From: Girardia tigrina
Taxonomy: Eukaryota
Assembly: GCA_001938485.1 (NCBI GenBank)
Contig: MQRK01239088.1
Location: forward strand, 1 to 59,721
DNA length: 59,721 bases
Direction of reading: 5' to 3'
In this document: positions 28,601 through 43,600 of the stretch, piece by piece
How positions within the stretch are numbered: position 1 is the first letter of the stretch
Layout of the letters: each line of letters begins with the position of its first letter
Notes under the pieces: generated by a model
What the model was told of the DNA's origin: nothing
Seen by the model: only the letters and a program-made list of their open reading frames with translations
The model's database searches: none
Made by a program: the position numbers and the translations under genes

Positions 28601-31600
28601 CTTTCATTTAAAACAGTTAAAATATGGTATGTTATATCTAAGCAGGTCCTAAGGTTTTCAGTCTGACTAACTCTGGATTATCATTATTTGTTCCTACTTT
28701 TCTTATATTTTAATAAACATGTTATTATTATTTTTATACAAGCATTAATTTATTTTTATTAATCTTTTAATGTTATTAATTTTATGTTGACATTTTCTCC
28801 ACCATTACAACACACCAGTCTATAATGAATACGGATTTGAAGAAGTTTCGTATACACCCTACAGTCCAAACTTAGCTCCAGCAACTATTTTATATGTATA
28901 TATACATAATTATTATATTATATTATTCATTATAATAATTATAATAATTATTACAATTTTCGCATCTTGAAATATTAATTAACTACTTTTAAAATAGTTG
29001 ACAAATTTTTGTTTATATATTATCTTTATAAACTAATTAAATGTTATCTTAATATTAGGTTGGCAAAAAAGTTTTATTTTACCTATGGTCTATTGTTTTG
29101 TTGCAAAAAAATATTTACACAATAAAAACTATTGTCTCGTTGCATCAAGACGCGTTTTCGGTTGATAAGAGCCGGATACTTAGACGTAAACTTGTTATAA
29201 ATACGTACAGTTCGGAGTATATGGCGCGATTAATGGGAACCAATAAGAAATGGAAAATTCCTTTAATTCCACCCGACACAAATCATGATCTTCTTGACCA
29301 ATCGATTGTGTTTCGTATCTGACGGTGTTAATTGACACTTCTGACCCAAAGTCTATGCTGATTGTGTTTGACAAGGTACACCAACCTTTTGTCTGATGTG
29401 ACAATCCTTTTCCAAGAACAATCGTCGGAAGAATTATTGATCGATTCACAATAAATTTCTTGTTTTTTGACAGCTTGAGCAGATGTTAACTCATGTGGAT
29501 CTAGTCTTGTCTTCTTGTGCACAAAATAAAATTGGTGATAGTGATTTAATATTGTTTGGTGTGACGTAACACATTTATTTTACCAGTTCGCGATTGCTAC
29601 TCAAAGGTTCAGCATACAAAACAACTTGCAAATTTCTGATATCGACTGCTGCTTTCGGCCAGAATGGGACTGATCTTGAAAGCTCAAGTAATCATATGTA
29701 AATCGTTTGTACCACTGCAGTTGTAGCATGATAGAATTTTCCATGAGCTTCAGCATTACATATCCCTTTTGCAGCATCTCTAGTTGATAAGTTGCGCTTC
29801 CAGCAGTGCCGAATCAAAACTCGAAGTTCCAACTTAATATAATAAATGTACAAAACATAACATCTTTAAACAAATCGTTTAAAAATATTAATTTATTAGT
29901 AATTAAGATTATAATATTATGCGAATTGTATTAGTTTATTTGCCACAAAATGTATTTTTTTCTATGGTTTATTATAACTTTTTGGCCACCAAATAATTAT
30001 TAATAAAAATATTTTTTCTATCAGTTATAAAACAATTTGAATTATGGTAACAATGACAATTAATTTGTGTTTTTTTATTATTATTAATATAATAATAATA
30101 ATATTAACTGGTGAAATGGTTTGGATGTAAAAAAGTTGGAATGAAATGGCTTTTCGCTTACATTTTTTCATGATTTATATAGTGTTGTTAAAAACTTTAA
30201 AATCAATAATTTTATATAATATACTAAAGAAGAAATAGTAGAAAAGCAAATGAGAAATACTAATTGATAATATCAATAATGAATGCCAAAGTTTGCGAAT
30301 CTTCAATTAAACGAACCGCAATTCACTATCACACAAACATTTCTAATAAAAATATAAATAATTTGAACAATACATATGATTTATAATTATCGAATTCATT
30401 AGAAACAAGATCTGATAAACCAATACAAATGATACACTGTCAATTGGACTTTAATACAGCAGTCATCATTCAACTTTTAAATAATTTACGGAACAAATTA
30501 TTCTTGAATGACAAAAAAATCTTTATTAAATTACCAACTTACAAAAAATTTATTTATTAATTATCTTAATCGTTAATCTTTCAAAAATTTGTTGAGCAAA
30601 TTTTATTTGTTATTTTTATTTATTCCTCTAAAGTTCACCGTTGATTTTTATAATAACAGTGACATTGTTAAAATATAAATAAATGATATATATCTAAACT
30701 ATTTATTTATGAAACTATGTTTTTTATCCTATAAATGAGGGGTGACCGAATTTTAATATATTATTAAAATAACTATTTTAAAGATGGAAATAAACTGAAT
30801 ACTAAAATCAGAAATTGAAGGAATAAAAGAATTCTGTATAACAACTGTCCCCCGTAGTAATATTAAGATCTCAAATAATTAAAGATTTCTACAAGTAAAG
30901 ATATTTTTTAAATTTATATATGTAGACTTTTAAAAAAATAGAAATGTTATAACGAATTTAGCTTGTCTGTCTATACATAAAGCACGGTGTTATTTATACG
31001 ACAGTTGCCAAATTATTTATATGAAGTTAGAAGTGCTTTCTAATGCTAAAATAATAAAATGTTTGAACAATAATAACGTCAATAAAAATAATCATAATTT
31101 AAAAGCTCAGAAAAATGTTTTCTAATAATTTTCCGAATTATTACAATCTATTATTATTATTATTATTGCTTCGTGAAAACATCTCTCGAAAAAAAATATC
31201 TTAAATTAATTGTAACCATTATATGATTTAATGAATTATTTTGGCTTAATATTAATGTTAGTAAATAAATACCCAATTGATAAGTAAAAAAACTTATTCG
31301 AGCAGAAAAAATGATATAATATAAATAAAAAATTGATTAAGAGTAATAAAGAATTTAATATGTCATTGCACAATTAAGACCTTCTTTGCTTTTGCGGGCC
31401 TACTGCGTTTTCTTTTTTTCGCAAATAGGAACTTCTTTAGCTGTTGCAGGTGTTTTCCATTGTTTGAGACGAATTCCCATACAAACAAAGTGCTTACTGA
31501 TGTAATCCTTCAGAAAAGCTTGGCGATTACATGTGGCATTCATCTAATTTGTAATTTCCTCTACTCGCTAAATGCCAAAATATTTGTTGAATTGTGCGCA

Positions 31601-34600
31601 AGTTGTAAAGCATTGCTTTTTATGTCACTAAATCATTTTCATTTACTTTCTCCATGACACCAACCGGTATGTAGTACACTCGTCTTGCATCTTCATCTTC
31701 CCAAATGATATATTTTGAAGATTTGGCCCATTGATAAGACTGCAAAGTTTCAATGAGATAGTAGGTCCTGAAACGAATAATTTGGCATTAATGTTAGTTT
31801 TATCACGTCCATTAGACCAATTTGAGACAATTGCTGATGCTCAGCTCAAGTTTCTTGACAATGAACAATGATCTGTGGTCTAAATAATCAATATTGGAAA
31901 CTCTTGCCACATCAATTTGTACGTTGCATCTGCTTTGATATGTTTTGCTTGCGAAGCGATATTCAGAAGACGTTTGGTTGACACAAAAAATCTAAAAACA
32001 TCTTGATGATATTCATCGTTTTCATTATCGACATCGTCAATTTCATCTTGATATTCAATATTATAGTTGATAACAAAAGCTTCATTCTCGTTGGCTGGAA
32101 TCGTTGAGTGATTTTCACACCATTGCTCTAATTGGCCTAGACACTTTTTAACATTTTTTGCAAAGATAAGTAGACTTTTCGTCCATCGTAACTTCAGTAC
32201 ATACTGGTACATACGTCCTCAGAGTGTACCCAATGATAATGCTATGATAGCCTCTTTTTCGTTGTTGCATGTTGCAAATTTAACCCAATCTTTGCGTTTG
32301 TTTTGTTTCAACGCGAAAGGTATCCATTTGCTTAATATTAATTAATATAAATTTAATTAATTTTTTTTAATTAATAATTTTTTTTACTGATATTTATTTA
32401 CTTGTATTTATTAATTTATTTATAATAAACCTATTAATATTCAACCAATTTATTTTTTTATTTTACTGACCATTTTAATTTATTTAATTCCTTATTAAGT
32501 CATAGCCCCACTTATCTTTAATAAACATTCGTCCTGTATAAGGAGTGTATGAGAAGTAAAAGGTCTATTTCTTGAAGTGGTCACCAGATATGACATGGAT
32601 TAAACTGTAAATGGGGTATTTTTGATATAGAAATTGATGTTAAATAACGCTCATGTTAATTAATGTCTTTCAGTTGTCTTTTGTTGCAATTTTTAATTTG
32701 TTATTTTTAAGTACTACAAATATTATACGAGAAAGTGAATATAAAAAAAGAAAAAATAATCATGACTTTTGGATGTGTATCAAAAATGTTGTTGTGAACC
32801 TTTGTTACGGTGCAATATAATTCAAACTTCTTCCTAGTCACTACACCATGCCCTTTATATAACCTTTAATTCTGTTTATAAACATACTTCCGTTTAAATA
32901 TTTTGTACATTTAATTGTAGATCAATTTATTTTTTACTTTTATTAATATCTACCCCTTATATAAGATTTTAATATCCATTCTGTGTAATATATCTTAAAC
33001 TAAACAATTTTCAAAATGTCTGTTTTATGACTTAGTTATTTAAATTCCTTTTCCGTTAATTAATTAATAACTTAAAAAACCCTCGACCCTTCAACGATCT
33101 TGCGACCATTAATAATTCAATTATTTGGATAATTTATTCAATAATAATTATCTATTCTAAATATCACAATTTCAACTATCATATTAATATAATAACATAG
33201 TTTAACTATTACCTTTCCATATTGTTTTATTTAAAAAATATAAATACCTAAAAAATAATTGAATAATGGAGATTGTTGAAAAAAATAAACCAATAAATAT
33301 TTTAAAAGCAAATTCGCTGCATGAATACATAAAACACTCTGAATCCTGAATCAATGTGTGAATTGAATTATCATAATAAAATTTGGCTCAAAGCCAAACA
33401 CAAGTCGTATTATATCAATATACAAATACAATTGAAATAATCATTTGAATCTGTATTAGATTGAAAGTACATTTTACATAATAATATTGATGGAATATTT
33501 GAACAAATGGACATGAAATGGAAAATATGATCACGGATTAAAATAAATTTAAAAAATATAAATAAAAAAAATAAATCAAAAACAAGAGAAAAATCAAAGA
33601 GCATCAGAAAGTGCCCTCAAAGTAATGTGCGAGTATGTGTGTGCATCAAAGAAACTGACAGGACATTGTCATAATAACCCATTTGATTGATTATTTAATT
33701 TCAGACAGACTTGATCAACACACACATGCACTCAGACATACATACAAACACAAGTGATGAAATCAACGCTGATTACCGCCGCCACTATAATACCGCCAAA
33801 CATCGACACACAGACTTGTTATTGCAGTTACCTGTTATTGTTATTCTCCAATTTGTACTCTTGACGATAAATTCCAGAAATAAATATTAGTTCACGTGAA
33901 AAGAACAAAAATATTAAATTAAGATAACTTAAATGCGTCATTTGATTTATTATCGAAAAAAGGAGGGAGTGTTTTGATTTATTCGCTACAACTACAAAGG
34001 TCGAAATAATTGTTTGTTCAAATGTAAAAATGTAGGGATGGGCGGTAACATCATTCTTTTGGTACCGTCTGCTTTATTGAGACAAGTTATATTGTCGGTT
34101 GTTGCAGATTCCATTGTGACGATTCCATTGACAAGAATAGGCTTTATGAACGTCATTATCAACATCAGTAGAATATTCAACTGTCTTCATTCCAAACGGT
34201 GACATATTCACTCATTACAAATGTCAATGAAGAGCGAAAAGTACTGTCAATACAAAATAATATAATGGATATAACAAAATAAATAACCTAAATAAGAGGC
34301 ATAAACTGAACTGAACTACATTATTTGAAACTAAATTTGAGAGACAAAATAGAGAAGTACAATACTTTTGACGAAATTCGTGACATTTTCAGTAATTTCT
34401 TAGTATACCACTTGAAACCTTACAAAAATAAACAGGAAGCACGAGTAGGAGCAACACATGAATGGATCTAGCAAAACCTAACAACCAGAGCAAATTCAGT
34501 ACAAAGTGGACCAAGAAGATTGGAAACGTAAAGACACGACAATAGAAAATTCTGAATAGGTCCACCATACAAATCTCAAAAACGACTTTATGATATTCGG

Positions 34601-37600
34601 TAGGTGCTTAACTCATACAATGACAACATTTATTCAAAAGATCTAAAGAGCAAAAATTTTTATTTTAAAAATTTTTAAGAATTATTTTGAACAATTGAGC
34701 AATTTTCGAACGTTACTTAGAATAAGTACTGCTACAAAACCTTTTGAGAAAATTATTCCGGACGAGAATCAATCTATAATTTAATTAGGAGAAGTGTTGT
34801 GGAAGAAATCCAGCCCATTATTTTTTTCTATTTTCAACTATTTCTAACAACAATTACGTATTTGATACCCCTGTTATTTATACAGACAACATAAGATCAT
34901 TTACATTCACACATTTTCTCCAGCGCTGGATCAGTTTTTGAAGGAAACATTTTTGAAGAAATCCCCTCTTCCCTCATATCATCAACATTTGTAAACTATT
35001 TGCCACAAATATATTTCTTAATATACCAGAAGAGGTAAAATAAGTATAGGTTAGGTCTGCACCGTAGTGAGAATTGTTCAATAGTTAAAATCAACTTTAC
35101 ACCATAACTCACATAAATACTGCATTTTTGTGAATTGATACGTCTTCCTGGAAAAATAACATGGGAATAGCACAATATCAGAGTAATATGTAGAGTTGAG
35201 TCTGGTGAGGTTCCAGATCTCATCTTGAAACTTGATTCTCCAGGAACTTCCCAATCCATTGCATAATTCCTATTCTGTTGGAAAAGACGGAAATCAACCT
35301 GAAAACACTCCAGTCACTTCTCACACATCTTTTATGAAATGATGCAGGAAACAAATCTAGACATCAGCCCTTTTCCTACAATTCATGCAGTTTCACTTGC
35401 ATGAGTCCATTGCTTACATTCACAGCAAACATCTGCGTTGTGATTTCACGGTTTTCCTACTTTTCCTTTTTTTCAGAAATTCCCCATTGGCATCCGGTTT
35501 CTTGGTCATCGCAAACTGACCTTCATTTTTAAGAGTATAATCCACTTGTATATTGCTCTACATAATGGAGATTCCTAGGCATATATGCCCTCCAATTTAG
35601 AAAGAATTATAATGCTGCGATAATTCCACTGCATAAATCGTCGCTTGTAACAAATTTCATATTCTCGTAAATGTGATTTAATTATGATAATATAAAACAA
35701 ACTATACAGATTAAACTTATAATAATATAGATACAATAAAAATTCAATTACATGAAAAAATAATTTTTCCTTCCTACATATTACACGAACCTTTTGGACG
35801 AACGACGTATATTTCTAATTATATTTAATCTATTTCTGTTTGATGATGTTGTATCAAAAAATCAAATTATGGACAAATTTCGAAGAATAATCGCAATTAC
35901 TATAATTACATTTGGATTGCAATAGAAAATGTTTACTTTAAATCCTAAAAACGTGATGTAGTTCAAATAATACAAAACCAAAGGTACCGTTATAATTTTA
36001 AGAATAATTTAAAAACCGTTACTTTAGTATGTTTAAAATTTTCTGCAATGCACTACTTTATGATTAAGTTTTTATTTAATATATTCCTGCTGTGTGATAA
36101 TTATTAATATTGTTATCCACTTCAGCATTATCTTAGAAGTGGGAAACGTCTCCACAGACCGATATGTATTCCATTATACCGAACCGCCGCATTATTTGTG
36201 TAAACTGAAAATCACTGTCAAAATGATAGTTTCTCAGAAATAAAATTAATTAATTTACTTTCTTAGTATAAAATTGCTTGCATTTTTGCTGTTTTGCAAT
36301 TTATATTTACAGTGCATTTTGAAATATTTATTTAACACGCCTCAACCGAATGACACAGGAAAAATATGATATACATTCGCCCATTTATACCAGTGAATTT
36401 CTATTTTGATAAAAGGGACTTTATAAAAAATAATCCGGTTAATTTCCATACATATGTAATATCATGATAATGTCATCGTCTTTTAATATCACAATAATAT
36501 AATTAATAAACGACTGAATGGCCAAAGATACACAATTTCAAGTTAAATAAATGATCAAATATATAATCAAAATCCTTCAACAATTAAACACAGGCTTTTT
36601 ATTTTCAAAAAAGGAAATATTTGAAAAAAATATATCTAATATAAGCAAATAGAAAAAATAATTTAACAATATATAATTAGTTGTAAGATATTCCAGCTGC
36701 AATTGGCATAAAAGAAAGAACTATATAAAAGATTAATAAATTAATGAAAAGTACACAGCGAACATAGATCTACCATTTCTCTAAAGTAGACCCCCTTATC
36801 AAAAATAGTATTAGTGTACTCGTTCAGATGTGTGGAGAAATAATTAATAATACTCGTTGATATAAGGGCCTAAATAATAGCAGGTACATAATAATAATTT
36901 ACAGATAAATGCGTGAAGACAAATTCGACCACTTTAACTATTCTTAAAATAAATATAGTAATCTACATGTTGTGAAGCTTTAAAAACATCCAATTTAAGA
37001 TAGAAATCAATAACTTTCAAAGAGAATGGTGGCCATCAAGGGAGACATTGACTTGTGTAATTAATATAAGGAAGTCAATTCTGTATTGTAACCAGTGGGT
37101 TCAGGTGTAATATTTAAGTAGACCATCACTCTCATTAACTTGGCTTAATAAATACAATACTAGACTATTTTACTCTTAAAATAATTATACAGAAGTTATA
37201 AAGCTTTGTTAATTGTTGTTTGATGATAACGTTAATCCGTATAATCAATAGTGAAAGTAACTTTTTCTTGTTCAAATAGCTTTTTCGGAACCATTTGTGA
37301 AGTATGATGGGTTCAGTTCTATAACTACAATTCAACACAAGTTAAAATTAGTTAAGATTAATATAAATGTCGAGTTTGTTAAAAAATGAAAAGTAAACAA
37401 AAAGGGACGATATAATTTAGATCAAATTAAATTAGGTGAATAAAGGGTGAATAAAGCGATCCAAGATGTTATAATCAGGGGAATATGGTGATTGAAGGAG
37501 CAAGGTAGCATTCTTGTTTGCGAGAAACATGGACGTCACTTTGGAAACATGAGGCCTCGCGTTGTCTTGCACGAAAATCATGTTTCTCCAGTTGAGTGGA

Positions 37601-40600
37601 AACACATGTCGACTAAACTTCTTTTCCATATTAACAAGAAAAGTGACATAACACTCGTTATTCATGCTTTCTCTCTCCTGCAGCAGTTTGCAATGATATT
37701 TTCCAGTGAAGGACACTGCGATGACAGACATGATTTTTCTGTCAAACTGGCTGCGCTTCACAGCATGAATGGGTTCACTGTGATCACCATCACGGGAGAC
37801 CCAGTAACGGTTGCTTCTTTTCTTGCCAACAGTTCTCATGTAAAACCACTTCTCATCCACCATCACAATCTGTTCATGTTGATGTTTGCTTTTCAAAATT
37901 TTCAACCATTCCTTTGCAGCAGTGACACGATTAACCTTTTGATCATTTGACAATGCATGAGGAACCCACTTACAGGTAACAGACCGAAAGCCCAAATGGT
38001 CACTCACAATACGCTGAATGGTTCCATGGCTGAGAGATATTTCATCTTCAATTTCATCAATGGTCACTGCACCATTGGCGTTAATAATTCCAGAGACCAA
38101 CAGAATGTTTTCAGGGTTTGTTTTTGTTGATTTTCTCCCGCAGTTTTCCCAAGCAAAAGAAGTCTTGCCATTGTCAAAATCAGTTATCCACCGATACTCT
38201 GTAGATTCTTCAACACTGTCAGCACCATGAACAGAGATAATTTCCTGATAAATTTCACTTCTCGTTATGCCGAGTGAATAACGAGAGAAGATATAGAAAC
38301 GAAGCTTTTTCGATTTTTCGCCATCATACAGACAAATAAATCAACCAATATTCAAACAAGTATTCAATAAATATTTTCTGTCAATATTTTTTTAACTATT
38401 ACATATTTTTACTTTTTATATGTTACTATAAACTGCGCAAGTAATTTCCGCCTTTACAGATCACAAACATAGAAATATAACATGATTCTCACTCTTTCTG
38501 GCACGAACCAATAACAACCAAAAAATTGCTTTTTAAAAAACGTTTTAATTATTTATTTTGAATACTATTCGTGCATGTTATCGAAGTTCAAATTTAGTAA
38601 ATATGAAATTATACATTTTAAAATAAGTTGTTAAAAGGTTAAATACTCTGTGATTACAACACTAGCCACATCGCTCATAAATTAATTTAATAGTATCTTC
38701 TTTGTTGCCTGGGAGGAATAGATGTATTCTGGAAAGCAAAGATTTACGCGATCCCAACATAGAAGTGGTCTCGCCACAGTCAAACCTGATTTTATGAGAT
38801 CAACAAAGGCTGTAAAAAGTCATCAAAACATTCATAAACTTTAGGGTTTATTACCAAAAAGTTTTCGAAACAAATTAAAAACAATTTAACGAAAATCATA
38901 GTAAAGAAGAATTTTAAGAATGTAAATAGATCGTGATAACTTGATCATAGATAAAATTAAAATTAGAAATAATTCTGTAAAAATTAATCATTTGTTGTAG
39001 ACTTAAAATAAGACAAAAACTGTTTATTATCACGAAGAGATGATTGGTTCTTAATTTACTTAATGAAGACCCATTCTATTGACATTATTATTTATTAATT
39101 CCAGCACTTTTGGACTCTTTTATTTCGAGATCGCAAAATAGAATTTAAAAAATATAAATCACGGAATCTTATTCACAAAATGTGATATAAATATATGAAT
39201 AATAAACATTATCATGCAGAGACAAAACCACAACCTTATTGGCTATCGTATATTATGATAATTATATAAATTATTTTTGCCATAAAAGATTTTATTGAAA
39301 ATATTTTATTTAAATAAGTTCATTTAATATCTATTCTGTTATTAATCGAGAAATGAATAAATAAATAAAGCCGGGATCCCTAGAGTTTATCTCTTTTTAT
39401 ACATACCTTAGGTAAAGTATATTAAATTGAATTTTACTTCAAGAAGAATATTTCTAATTCTAACGTTCATTTGCAAAGTAAAAATTATGCTTTTTTATTT
39501 TTCTTTCCATCTTGAATTTAATAAAGTATTTGTTTATTTATATTCTTCATTGAGTTATATGTGTTTTTAGAGTGACTGGTGTAAGAATATAACAAAAATC
39601 ACATTTAAAACCCATATTTAATCTGAAATATCGTGAGAGAATTTTCAATTGTTTACAATTTCCCTATTAAAGATTGTTGGGAAATAGTTGTTTGTGATTG
39701 ATTGTTTAGATTATCAAGTGGAAATATGAAATAAATCAACATTGAGATCTCACTAAATACTCTTCATATAACTTGAAAGACTATTACAAAATTCTCGTAA
39801 TTTGAAAATAATATCTTTGTCATAATGGATGAAACAATGCAAAATTTAGTTAGACACAAATAAGTCGCTTTAACAAATGGATCGAGATAATAAATCCATG
39901 GAACTCACAGGAGAGTAAATAAGATTGATTTTCGGATTTTGATTAGTAATTTTGACTGTAACTATGAAAGGATTATTACTGAAGCACTGTTAATTAAATT
40001 TCATAAACCTTGTTAAACGTGCCAAGTGATTCGTCCAATCATATTAGAGTATTCTGATGTAAAACATTATGACGTAATGGTCTTCAGACTATAAATACAA
40101 CAGAGATTTACTTTCTTACAAACTGACGATCCAACAGAAGTGGCGAACCATATTTTCCAATAAAAATTTTAAATTAAAATGGCTTTTGTTTTTTATTATT
40201 AAAAATGCTATGAGACAAATTGAATTCATTCAAATCCATATTACTTTAATTTTTCGAAAGACATTTTTCTGAAATTTCGTTTTCATTTCATTACGTTTTC
40301 ATTTAAAAAATTCTCATAGTATATTAAAGGACTTAAAGGATCATATATCTTAAACGGCTTTTCGATATATTTATTTGCATAATCTAACTTAGATTAAAAT
40401 ATAACTATTGGTTTCTCATTAAATTATATAAATAAAGTTCATATGATTTATAATTAGATTTTGTACTATATAATTCAATGGGATCTTGAAAATTCGTAAC
40501 TCACATTTCGTCAACAAAAATTATTTATAAAATATGGCTGTGGTAATAATAATAGAGGGTAAGGATTTAAGATAGGTTAGAATACGAATCATTTGATTAA

Positions 40601-43600
40601 ATTTTCATTTTGGCACCGTAATTTGGACGTCTATGTTTGGAGCAACTACTTGATATGGACGAGTAATAAGTTACATAAAGAGTTACTTGACTATATTACA
40701 TAAAATTGCATTAAAACGAAATCTAATATCACAATGATTTTACTATTTATCTTTCAGTTAAAGCATCGTTTGGTAAATTCTGGTGTAAGCGGATAAATCA
40801 TATGAGGATAATAATGAATTTACTTGTGATATAAAAATAAAACATAAGAAGTTATGAACGTGTAGTAAGAATCGTCAACTACTTTTTATTTACAAGGTCG
40901 CACTTTACACTTTACTTAGTGCTGGTTAAAACAGATATATAAATCAACATTGGACTGTCATTGAGTGTCTATTAACAGTACACTATAAAAAGTAAATCGT
41001 GATAAGAAAAAACTCGGTTCCGATGAAACAATCGATAGGAAATGTTATTAAATGAAGGCCATAATTTCCATTGCAAGGTGAATGGGACTCTTGTATCAAA
41101 TGATAAGACATTTATACGATCCGGTGAAAGAGAAAGTTGTTATCATTTAATAATCCAGAATCTGAGGCAATTTTTCCATCAGTAAATTCCAATCAATATA
41201 ATATTAATTATTATTATTATTTCTAATTCGTACTTAAAATTTTGAAATTGATAAAATTATGTCAATTAAGATTTTCTTTTTCAGATAAACTTGTTTCAAT
41301 ATTTATCTTCTATCAATACTAATCTTTATCACACAGTAGCCCCCCGACCCGAGCTCGTTAACCGGTGGTCACAATTACTATTTGATGAAAATAAATAGAA
41401 ATTAGTAATGGATACACAACGCTTTATAGGAACGATTTTCATGCCAAAGAAGGATTTAATCATCGGAATGAAAAAAGAAAATTATAGTAATTTAATCCAT
41501 TTGCTATACTTCATCGACACATGTTGCGATATTTATAGATGACATAATTAGGACGAATTTTAATAATTTGGAATCGAGCCAACATTGCCATACCAAGAGG
41601 ACATATCCTAGGATTGTAATTTTCAAATGAAATATTATTCATTTTTGACAGAAAGGATACGATATAAGTTATAATCTAAGTCTAGTTCGAGGAGTGCCAA
41701 TAATGACTTAACAAACCATTAAGTCAATAATCCCAAAAAATGTCATTATATTATATTCAAATAATTGAATTAATGGGTAACAGGCAAATAATAAATAAAA
41801 CAGACATATTTCTAACTATCCCAGCTTGAATAAAGGGTTAATACGTATAAGGACTACTTTGACTATTCTCATAAAAAATATTCTTTTATGAAAAAAATAT
41901 TATTTTGAAAATTGTAAATTTAATTTATTTATTTTTTCTTACTATATATTTGAAAGTCAATTAGAACACGAAAAATTTATTTGGGAATTTTTAATGGATT
42001 TTCATTAAAAAAAAGTACAAAAACTAATGAATATTAAGTTTTTTATATCGTTTTGTGTCACATTTTAAACATTTTTTGAAATAAAAATTTGATTAAATAT
42101 CGTTATTCTTTAATGATTTTCTTGATTTTATGCACTGAACATGATATTTTAATTATATATTTCTATTTTTTTCAAAGGAGACTAAACTTTGAAACAATTT
42201 TTATTTTCTAAATAGTTCCTAACCAACGCAACTTGATCAAGAATGTTGTAATGATTAGTCGAACTAATTTAATTGTATTTGGTGATAAAATGGGATCCTC
42301 GAGTAAGAATATAAGTGTGTTCTTGTAACAATCTCATAATAGTATCATCATTATAATTTTCTATCATAAAATCGCCGACCACAGACCAATATAAGGTTAT
42401 TTCAATACTTAAAATTTTTTATTAAAATTTTTTTGCCATTATTACCCAATAATACTTTAATAAATAATAATATTTAATCCCTAATATACCTTTTAAAGTT
42501 AATGTATCTATTAAAATTGTATTAAAATTGCTGATGATGATGTATATAAACATCGAAACATTTCCAATAATTATATTAAAAAAAGTTTTAATCAAATTAT
42601 ATTTTCAATATATATATATATATAACCATTATATATGTTAACCATTGCAACAAAAAAATTATGAAAACCAAAAGTCATCCTTTTCAGAATAAATTTTTTA
42701 CAGACAATGCATACCGACGGATCAGATCACTGCCAAATTATTATTCTTCTGTATAGAGATGCAAAAATAATAATTGTGTAATCGCTTATTTGAAATAATG
42801 CTAATCAAAAATTCTGAATAAGCTGGTTAAGACTGCCGTTCGAACACAGATTTTAAATCAACGTATTCGATTTTAAATTTTATTAATTTGTTAAATACAA
42901 ATGTTGATTTTACAGTGGAAAAAGAAACGAATTGAGTCTTATCTTTTCTGGATCTTTTGGTTGAAAAGATAATTATGAGACTGCAATAGATTGAAAACAA
43001 ACTAATAATTTATATAATTCTTCATCTTTATATAATTCATCGGACAATATTTGTGAAAAAATCATGATTGAAAGCTTAATTTATCGCTCTTGGTCTTTGT
43101 TTTCACTTCTCCAAAGTCTGTAGACAGTATTAATAAACTAAGTTCCTTATTAAATCATAATGGTTATTCTAATTTTTTTCTTTCAAGATTAATAAAGGAC
43201 ACACTGGATAAGATACTTTTGAAAGATTAGTATCTCCGTCTGTATCCCCTGATGGTTCGAAGAAATATATTGAAGTGACATTAGATATCAATAATATACC
43301 GAAAATGGTGTAATTGCACCGTATTCTGAAGAATTTAAAACTTTAAAATTCGTTTTTAAAGAGAAACTATTTATAAATTAAATTAAAAAATTATATAACC
43401 ATCTCATAAAATTCAATATATTCTGTAATAAATCTATTATACCTTTAATATTGTGTTTTAATAATCTATATGAATATAAAATTGTAATGGTTCTAATGTT
43501 ACATACATTGGGAAGACTGTCCGTCATTTATGTAAATGAATTCAGGAACATGATCGAAAAGAGTTTAAGAGTAATATTGATGAACAAAGGAAAAATGTAA

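Noticed and set aside
30261-30352. AG...GT-bounded segment as a possible extra LNX exon
   Set aside because: Stops in all three frames.
37492-38230. Plus-strand ORFs of 152 and 70 aa
   Set aside because: Antisense shadows of the mariner transposase.
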